Positions 54,290 to 64,000 of a DNA stretch of 64,000 nt are shown piece by piece. This stretch comes from Octopus sinensis (taxonomy: Eukaryota). The stretch covers positions 33,480,001 to 33,544,000 of the forward strand of contig NC_043003.1 of assembly GCF_006345805.1 (NCBI RefSeq), in the 5' to 3' direction. A program made the translations under genes and the position numbers. Every line of letters begins with the position of its first letter. Positions within the stretch are counted from its first letter, which is position 1. Below the pieces are notes generated by a model. That model was not told where the DNA came from, did not search any database, and saw only the letters and a program-made list of their open reading frames with translations.

Positions 54290-55365
54290 AGCGCTAAGTG
54301 TAAGTTGATTACATCGAACATTGTCCTTTATTAATACTTTTCCATCAACTTCGAAGGATAAAAGACAAAGTCGATCTTGACGGAATATGAACTTAGAACG
54401 TAAAGCCATACGGAGAGCGACTAAACATTTTGTCTGGCATGCCTTCAATTCTGCCAGCTCTCAGACTTAATAACAACGACGACGACGACAACAACAACAA
54501 CAATAGCAAAAATATTCCATAGGCACAGGGCCTGAAATTTAGGATAGGGGATAAGTCGATTACACAGACAAGTGCTTAACTGGTACTTATTTTATCGACC
54601 TCGAAAGGATGAAATGCGAAGACTATCTCGGCGGAATTTGAGCTCAGAACGTAAGTACGGTCGAAATACTGGCAAGTTTTTTCGCTCGGCGCGCGAAAAA
54701 TTCTGCCAGCTCACCGCCCTAATAGTAATAATAATAATAATGATAATAATAATGGTTTCGAATTTTGACACAAGGCCAGGAACATTAGTGAAGGGTGCCA
54801 GTCGATTACATCGAACACAGTACTCAATACAGACTTAATTTATCGATCTCCGAAAGGATGAAAGGCAAGACAAACCCAGCAGAATTTGAACCCAAAACGT
54901 GCAGACAGACGAAATGCCACTAAGCATTTTGCGCGGCGTGCTAACGATTCTGCCACCTCACTACTTTTCTATTATAGGGACAAAGCGTGAAATTTTTGTT
55001 GGGGGTGAATAGGAGTAAGTCTATTACATCGAACTCACTGCATAATTGGTACATATTTCATCGAAATCCAAAGGATAAAAGGAAAAGTTGACATTGGCGG
55101 AATTCAAATTCAGAATGTTAAGACAGATGAAATACCGCTAAGCATTTCAAACTTGTTTCAAGTTTTAGCACAAGGTGCGCAAGTTTGGGGGACGTGGTAA
55201 GTCGATTACATCGAACCCTGGTATACTGTTACTTATTTCATCGACCCTGAAAGGACGGAAGGTAAAGTCGAACTAGGCGGAATTTGAACTCAGAACCTGA
55301 AAACGGACGAAATGCCGCACAAGATTTTGCACGACATGCTAATGATTCGGCCAGCTCGCAGCCAT
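54290..55365 (-). mobile_element. Five head-to-tail SINE family A copies
   Basis: Cores at ~54350, 54600, 54850, 55070 and 55240, all on the same strand and individually diverged. Confidence 0.85.
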
Positions 55366-55829
55366 GCATTGTTTTTGGCCACAAAAAATAACGAAACAAA
55401 CCATTAAAGGCAATACAAAGACAAGAGCAGTGGAGATTTACATAACAAAATGTAAAAATTATTATAAAACATAACAACTAAATTCCCCAATGAAGGAAAA
55501 TGCCACCCAAGTATGAGCAAAGATCGTCACAGATCACGAGTAACGGTACTCATCAAGTGTGCTATGACAACTGCTCCTGCCTCCTGAGTACTTTACAGCT
55601 TACAGGCACATGCTGAGGGTAGGATAATTTATTTGGGTTATTCTCCCTATGTTCACTCATCTCTTTCTACATTTTCTTGGGCGTGGGGGCAGAACCTCTC
55701 CGAGCACACATACCTTTTCAAGTAAAACTTGAAAAAACTGATTTAAGTTTTACCAAAGGTAAGGGTATCTGTTTTCAACCCTTTTGGTCTTTCAACCACA
55801 TAACTTCTTTTCTCAACTTCACCACGCAA

Positions 55830-56100
55830 ATGAAGGTGGACGAAGAAGGTAGAGTGAGATATTGAACGCTGACTCAGCTGATAGCCAAATCCGACCTACA
55901 CACAACTGCAGGCGTTCGACACAATTCCTCAAGTCGGCAATGCTCAGGCACTATACGAGCGTATGCAGAGCAGTTTCATTGCTCTCTGAGTTTGTTGAGC
56001 AATATAGGTTGACGGTATTTCTTCCGTGCTGGCTATGCCCCTGATAGCAGTTTTATCCAAAAATGCATTGTCTCAATTACCCATCCACAACAGTTACAGG
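55830..56100 (-). mobile_element. Tx1/L1-type LINE ORF2 3' fragment (zinc-knuckle region)
   Basis: CYQGA*PARKK and ETALHTLV*CLSIADLRNCVERLQLCVGRIWLSAES; same region as 63400-63560. Confidence 0.65.
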
Positions 56101-57439
56101 AGGCACGATTGACTTTAAGAAATGCATTTTGCACACCTGAGCTTTAACACAAATGAGGCCACGAATGAATTTAACTCCATCGCTACCCACGTATTCCATA
56201 CGCTATTGCATAAACTGAGAGCATACACTATAGCTTGTCTTACTACATTGCTTAGTGAGGAATACCCTACATTATAAATGGTATTAATTTAAAATTATGC
56301 TGCCGGGAATCGCTCATTATATTGCGTCAAAAGATCATTTTATAAAATAAATTCCCCGACTTAAGTTTTGCTTACAGATTTCAAATTTTAGCACAAGGCC
56401 ACAAGTATGAAGGAGGCGCTAAGACGATTACAACGACATCAGTACTCAACTGCTACTTATTTTATCGACCCTGAAAGGATGACAGGCAAAGTCGACAATA
56501 TTACAAGACATTTTCTCATTAGATAAAATCCTTATAATCTCCCACTGTGTTAGTTAAACCATATCTTACTTGTTATACTTAACTTATCATTCTTCCACTC
56601 TTATAGCGCTTACTTTTCCCTTAAATTGAATGAATTTTTCTTCTTATCCTGTTATTATATTACTATAATAAACCCCTTCCTTATTGTACTGAGAACACGA
56701 CATCCTTTAGGTGGCCCATTATGATTATATACTCGTTGTCCGGTTTTTGCCAATTAATATCTTCATCTCACATTTCCTCTTTGATCACTCCACCTTTCTT
56801 TCCCCCTCATATCTTCGAAAACATTCCTCATCACCATACATTATCCATTTTCTAATATTTATGTGTGTCAAAAGTTTCTATAATATATATATTCGCCATC
56901 CTGAAGTGGGTCAACCATCTTGACTTACCTGTTTCATCTGAAATTATTGTGTTGCAAACACTACTGACATCATGTATATATATTTGATTAAAGCTTTGTC
57001 TCAGTAATAGGGAAATAGTAGAGGAGATAAGACGTCGAATAATACCTTTTCTTTCCTTTCATTCGCTTTCTATATACTGTAATCTGTATTTCTATTTTGT
57101 GCTCCATGTAAATAGACGATGTATGCCTACCAGAGTTTATATGATGTTTCTACATCGCTTACTCTCTCTCTCTCTTCCTCTTCCTCTCCCTCCCTCTCTC
57201 TTGATCACCCTCTTCCTTTACTTTTCCTTTTCTCTCTCTGTGCTCTCACGACTCTCTATGTCTCTTCCACGTGGTAAGAAGCTTCCTTCCCAACCTCATA
57301 GTTGGAGGGAGAGAGAGAGGAAGGTAAAGAGAGAGATAAAGACATCGAAAGATAGATAGATAGGTAGATACAGTTTTAAGATACATCTCACGTATTCTCT
57401 GGGGTGCATCAACAGTTACATTTTGGGGACATCAGTTGT

Positions 57440-57760
57440 GTTCGTGTCTCTCAGTGTCATCTCCACTCTCCCGGTTGACCTAGATGTCGTTGATCAAGTT
57501 TCAATTGACTTCTTTCAAGTTTCGGCGAGAGAAATTTTAGCCCTTCTCTTTGCAGCGCCTGTAACTCCAGCCTGAGTCACAATTTTCCAAAATGAACGCC
57601 CCACAAAGCGTCGATAGCCTACATTTAGTACCTTTACAAACTTCCAATCCCGATTTGTGCACTACTTTAACACTTCCTGGTATTTGGCAGGCCCTTCTCA
57701 TGGGGTTCCTCCATGCGGCATAGTCAGTTCCGACAAAATCATTTGTCTGTGCGTAAGTAC
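57440..57760 (-). mobile_element. RLE-endonuclease C-terminal fragment of an R2/NeSL/HERO-type LINE
   Basis: QMILSELTMP...AKYQEVLK*CTNRDWKFVKVLNVGYRRFVGRSFWKIVTQAGVTGAAKRRAKISLAE matches the ELTVPWE...KYQEL...VEVGCRGFVG pattern. Confidence 0.75.
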
Positions 57761-59147
57761 ATACATACATACAAACATGCATACATTATACATACACACA
57801 CATACATACATACATACATACATACATACATACATAAATACACACATACATACATACATACATACATACAGGCAGGCAGACAGACAGACACACATACAGA
57901 CTGGTATCTCAAAACCAGAAAGGAAAAAGCTGATTCGAAGACTACAGATCCAAGTCACCACTGGAACTGTACAAATCTGTAAAACTTCCCAGAAGTTAAT
58001 TATATTTAATTATATTACTTAATTATAGATGAGCATGTCTAAATATGTAAGTATATGCATGAGAAGACATACATGAAACAAAGCATAACATACATACATA
58101 CATACATACATACATACATACATACATACATACATACATACATACATACATACATACATACATACACATACAAAAATACCCTGTTGTTGATGAAGTTTCG
58201 GGGAGGGAGACTTGGTTGTAGGTTAGAAACTGTTTCTTTCTCTATTGGCAAGAAATCTTGAAATAAAACTGAATAATGACATACACACGTACGTGTGTAT
58301 GGTTATATGTGTGCGATTCTTCAGAAAGTTTCTTCGTTTTTTACTTTACTTTGTACGTATGTGCGAGTATATAATTTATAAGCGTTTGTTGTATACGCCT
58401 CTGCCTATGTGGTCGGAGACGGTGATAGCTTTTATGTAACCAAAATTCCTACAACCAAAGACCCAATAAAGGTAGAAACATAATTATTATTAATATCTCT
58501 CATATGACTGTACAAGATATCCGGCTCCTCTAGTTTCTCCTTCTCGTAGTCGACGTCGTCATTATCCTCCCCTCCTCCCTCTTCCTCCCCCTCCTCCCTC
58601 TTCCTCCCCCTCCCCCTCATCTTTCTCCTCAGCGTCGTCGTCATCATCAACACCATTAAAAGTTAGCTCTTCAACTTCTTCTCTTCATTCTCTCCCAATT
58701 TTCTCCTTTGCTTCGTTCTCCTTTTTCTTCACCACCTCATTCCATTACCCTTTTCCCTCGCTAGCTTCCTTCTTTTCCTTCTTTTATTGTTCATTCTTTT
58801 TCGACTGCTTCTGCATCATCTTGTTTTTCGTTTCTAATTCCTTGTACTCCTTCCCTTTCATCTACTTTTTTTCCTTCTTCCTTTCATCAGTAATGCTATC
58901 TCATAGCTTGCGAGGACAATGGCCTCTCATTTCAGGAACTACAGATGGATGAATTTTATCATTTCTTTCTTTCTTATTTTCTTTCTTTTAGCTTCAAAAG
59001 TTTTGTTTCTTCAATAATTTTCTTCTCTCTCTCATTCATTTTTCATTGTTTTTTTCCGTCCAACTCTTTTTCTGTCATTCTTTTTGTCTTCTTGCTATCA
59101 CTCTCTATCACTTTTTCTTTCTTTCTTCTTTCTTTCTTTCTTTCGTC

Positions 59148-59208
<61 letters not shown>

Positions 59209-59685
59209 TTTCTTTCTTTCTTACAATTTTTGTCACTCACTCTTTTCATTCATTCTTTCATTGTGTCTGCTTTCTTCCTTTTTCTTTCTTACATTTTCTT
59301 TCATTCTTTCTTTCTTTCTTCTTTCTTTCTTTCTTCCTTTCTTTCTTTCGTTCTCTCAGTCTCCTTCTCTCTCCCCCCCTCTTTCTCTCTCGCTCGCTGG
59401 CTTCTTTCTGTCGAGTGTAGTTTCTTCTTGTCTTTTTTTCTATTTACTGTCGATCACCAAGTCTTCTCAACATATCTCATTACCAGAAAGTGGTGAACAA
59501 GAATATGAAGAGAGGACGGGTTGTGAGGAGGGGAGCTAACAATATTAGAATGAGAGAATGGAAGAAGGAATAAATGAATAAATAAATAAACAGCAAATAA
59601 ATTCGTAACAACCTAATAATAGTCAAATGCAACGAAATATTTCATATACCTCACTGTAAGAGAGAAGTTACTACTGCTGCTGCTG

Positions 59686-59734
<49 letters not shown>

Positions 59735-59793
59735 TACTATACTACTACTACTACTACTACTACAAGACTAGTAATGATGATGATGAAGATGAA

Positions 59794-59832
<39 letters not shown>

Positions 59833-59907
59833 GATGAAGATGATGTTGATGATAATGATGATGATGATGATGATGATGATAAGGATGATGGAAATAATAA
59901 CCACGGC

Positions 59908-59947
<40 letters not shown>

Positions 59948-60905
59948 TAATAATAATAATAATAATAATGATAAATTCCACCGCCAAGTAGCCAGCTAAC
60001 GAAGATCAGTGACGATATGAACAGGGGAGAGATAATAAGTAGTGTAAGGGTAAGAGTAAAGAAAATGAAACAAAAAGAAAAAAAAAAATGAATGAGTTAC
60101 ATATGATAGTATGCATTAAATGTCAAATTAATTACATTCCTTTGGGAACGCCTTCTTTTAGACAACTCTCAGAAAACTGCCAGTGGCTCTCTTGTGGCTG
60201 TCGTCTTTAGCAGTAATATTATTGTCAAACTCCATATGCTGCTTTGGGCAGAATCTCAGAACAAAGACCATTGAGAATGTGCAAAAGATGAAAGAATTCC
60301 ATAATGGCATCTTGACTTTTTCTGCGTATGCGTCTGTGGAAGTATATAAACGAAAGTGTATATGCGAATGCGTGTGTAAATATGTCTGTGTGTGTATTTG
60401 CGTGTGTTTGTGGGTTTAAGTGTACGTGTGTTCGTGTGTATAATTTTGTGCATTAATGTGTGTGTGTATATTTGTGTGTATGTCTGTTTGCGTATGTTTG
60501 TGTATGTGTGAGTACGTATGAATCTGTATGCATACAAACTTTTGTATACATACCGCATGACGTCATCAAAATATGTATTTGTAAGAAAACCTACAGATGT
60601 AGTTATATATCCATGTGTATATATTAACAAAATATGAAACGCGTGTTATATTTACATATGCAAAGCACATGTTCTTAAACTACACATTCATACACACATC
60701 CACACAATACACACACGCATGCATATACACATAAACATATACACATTTTAAAACTTGGTGTTATGTATGTATACATGTATGTTGGCACGAATATATTTGC
60801 GTGTGTGTGAGTGATTACGAGTATGTGTCTGCGAGCTGTGTGCTTATGTGTTTAGATGTGTATATATATATATATATGTATATACATATGTTAATATGTA
60901 TATAC

Positions 60906-60945
<40 letters not shown>

Positions 60946-60983
60946 GTATATATATATATATACATATGTATATATGTATATAC

Positions 60984-61038
<55 letters not shown>

Positions 61039-61140
61039 AGAGAGAGAGAGTGCGTGTCTGCATTTATGTATATATATATATATAATCATAAACACACACA
61101 TGCTCGCAGACACATACTCGTAACCGCACACGCACGCACG

Positions 61141-61174
<34 letters not shown>

Positions 61175-61689
61175 TATATATATATATATGTGACTTATAA
61201 AGGGAGAGGGAGACAGATAGAAAAAAGAATTAATTTGCTTAAGTAGTCTACTACATGGCAAGTTGAATACGAAAAAGAAAATAGTCTTCAATTTTAACTA
61301 CATCGAATATTTATAAGAAAAAAAATATCATATAGATGCCCGGCATAGAACAATTCAAAGACAAGAGGTAAGTAGTTGGGGTTGTGATATTTAAAGTCTG
61401 GTACCGATATATCTGTCAATTAATGTCGTTTATATCTTATTTATTGTTAATGGACGGATTAATTCGATTAGTTGTAGTTGCCTTTATTTCTAATGTTCCT
61501 TTCCGCGACATTGATGGAGGCCGTAATATTCTGCTTATATCTCTTGCGTACTACAATTTTATTGGATGGAATATTAGAAACATATACGAGGGTTATATAC
61601 TTAAGTTTGTTTAGAAATTTATACGCGTTCGTTTAGTAAATAATTTCTTCAAGATATCTATAAGAACCGCTAATAGTTTTTCGTAGGTT

Positions 61690-63560
61690 TTGGCTTTCAT
61701 TCTCGAAAAGGAAATAGATTGTAGATCAGTTCCAGCACATGCCAGGAGTTGTGTTTCAGCAGCTTGAAGGGAGTGCAGCTATAGATTCGCTGGAGGTGCG
61801 AGAAGTTGAAGTTGAGCAAAGGAGGCTGAGGAGGTGCTAGAGGCTGATTTGGAAGGAGGGATCTAGTTTGGAGTTGGCTCCTCCAGAAGAAGTAACCACC
61901 AGTACAAAGAAAAGGAGAGGTGTACAGAATTCTATCTACAACCACAAAAAAATTGAGATAAACTACAGAAGAATCGATTGAAGAATGTTTGAAGGAAATA
62001 AAGAGCCTGATGACATTCTACACGAGAGGCAGAAAATACGGCACAGTAGAGGTGAGATTTGCCAACGAACAGGGGGAAATAAATCACTCCTGTGACACTG
62101 AGGACACAAGAGTGGGTACTTCTGCGAACCTATTGCAGTAAAAGAGTCACCAGAGTTAGAATATACAGGGTACTGCTAGAAATTAAAGAAGTGTGCTGGT
62201 GGCAGCCGTAATGCACAAAATCGAGGAGGACGCAAAAATTCTAAAGGTGACAAAAACAAAGAAGATAAATTGAGGGGGATACGGCATATAGGTGGTCATC
62301 CAGGTCGGACAACAAGATTTAAACGAAATTGCAGAAGAGGCAATTCTACCGCTATGCCGTAGAAAGGGTAAATAGGATTCTGGCTAGGGTGGTCCATTTA
62401 GACCAATCAAAAGCATTCGATAGGGTAGACCATCAGTATCTGGAGGAGGTCATCCCGGCGGCTGGCTTCTGCCTGACCTTCCGCGGATGGATCAACGCTT
62501 TATACAGCAACATCGAATCGCTAGTTCGGGTGAACGGTTTCTTTTCGGAGCCGTTCTGCATTGAACGATCGGTACGTCAAGGGTACCCTCTCTCTCCGCT
62601 TCTCTATGTTTTGGCCCTCAAGCCATTGCTGAGGATGTTGGAAGCTATGACGGCGCTCCGCAAGATCTAGGGTGCAGAAAGTCAACTTCGACGTATGCGG
62701 ATGACATCACCATCATCGTATCCCGGGTCGAGCACCTACAATGGGTAGGTGAGGCCTTAAGGGGCAAGTCGATGCCTTCCGACGACGTCGGACGGAAGGG
62801 CCTGCGAAAATGCTTGGAGTCTGATTAGATCCAGATCTCCAGATAGAGAAGAATTGGAGCGAGGTGGCGAGTAAAGTAGCTCTCCTAACTCAGACCTGGT
62901 CTGAGCGGAGGCTGTCCTTGAAACGGAGGGTGGAGGTTGCAGAGGTGTTTATCGCTTCCGTAATCACTTACCGCGTGATCGTCGTACATTGCTTTTTGTG
63001 GAGGGGCAGCAGACCTCTTGTAAGGTGCTCTAACTGCTGCCAAAAGCCGCTGAAGGGTGGGCTAGGGATGCCGTAGCTAAAAATGCGCAGACATGCACTC
63101 AGGCTTAGGCATCTCTGTCTTTACCTGGGCGGTGAGCAGGTGTGGTCTCCGTTCGTCAAGCTGTTATTTCCACAGTTCACATCATTTACCAAACTGAACC
63201 CTTGGATCAAGTGTAGACTGAGGTAGTGCGTGTGGTATGCATTGTCATCAGGCACTCGTGCTTCTCTCCTAGTCGGGCAACGCCAGTTGCGGGGGTACTA
63301 CCTCCTTCTTCTATAGAGAGTTAGTAAAATCCAAGTGTAACGACGTCCTGGGAAAAACACTAGAACATTATATGTGGATAATTACCAAAAGTCTCTGACC
63401 TGGAAATGTTACAGAGCAGCTTTAGCGGCTCGAAATAAGCTTTTTAGGCATGGGTGTGCGCCTTCGCCGGTTTGTGCAAGATGCGAATGAGACTTTGGGG
63501 CATTGCAAAATCGTGTGCAGGACAGTTTCACTGTCCTGCACGCGATTTTGCAATGCCCCA
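61690..63560 (+). mobile_element. Tx1/L1-clade LINE ORF2, 5'-truncated and decayed
   Basis: VHLDQSKAFDRVDHQYL, SVRQGYPLSPLLYVLALKPLL, YADDITIIVS and HAILQCP. Confidence 0.9.
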
Positions 63561-64000
63561 AAGTCTCATTCGATAACCTGACCCCAACTTTTGTTTTGTC
63601 TGTCCTCGTATCGTCCCCTCTTTTTCTCAACATCATGATTAATAAAGAAATTGACTGGGATTGTTTTAGTTCAAATGTGAAATTGACATCCAATATTTGC
63701 TGTGTGTATCTACTGATTTAAGTATCTAGTGTCTCTCTCTCTCTCTCTCTCTCTCAATCTCTCTTTCTCTCAATCTCTCCTTCTCTCTCAATCTCTCTAT
63801 TTCTCTCTCACTCTCTCACTTCTTCTCTGTTGTCCTCTCTCTCTCTATCACTTTGCCACTTCTTTGAAGTATGACACACAACACAAATACGTACAAAAAT
63901 AAAAAGTTAACGTATTAATATTATTGATAATATATACATACACACATAAATAGATATATATATATGCATATATACATACGTATATGTACATACTTACATC

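Noticed and set aside
57556-57752. Apparent + strand exon with strong acceptor (CTTTGCAG) and donor (GTAAGT)
   Set aside because: All three frames contain stops, and the - strand is explained as a LINE RLE endonuclease fragment

Overview
AT-rich, microsatellite-dense eukaryotic DNA. The SINE families and repeat texture point to an octopus (inference). No host protein-coding gene could be recognised, and most listed ORFs are microsatellite or antisense artefacts. The window is mostly decayed mobile DNA: a Penelope-like (PLE) RT fragment with inverted ends, a Tc1 transposon, a two-LTR Ty3/Gypsy (Mag-like) element, an RT-deleted R4/Dong LINE, Tx1/L1 and RLE-LINE fragments, many tRNA-derived SINEs and several fold-back MITEs. 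The standout is a ~4 kb array (14529-18577) of ~478-bp units flanked by (TA)n. Each unit carries a type I hammerhead ribozyme motif (CUGAUGA / GAAA / AUA cleavage triplet), 8 copies in total. The array is folded into a head-to-head palindrome, four units per arm. It looks like a retrozyme or ribozyme-satellite locus predicted to release ~478-nt self-cleaved, possibly circular, RNAs. Four unrelated solitary hammerhead-like motifs of lower quality also occur. No ribozyme activity, expression or novelty was verified.
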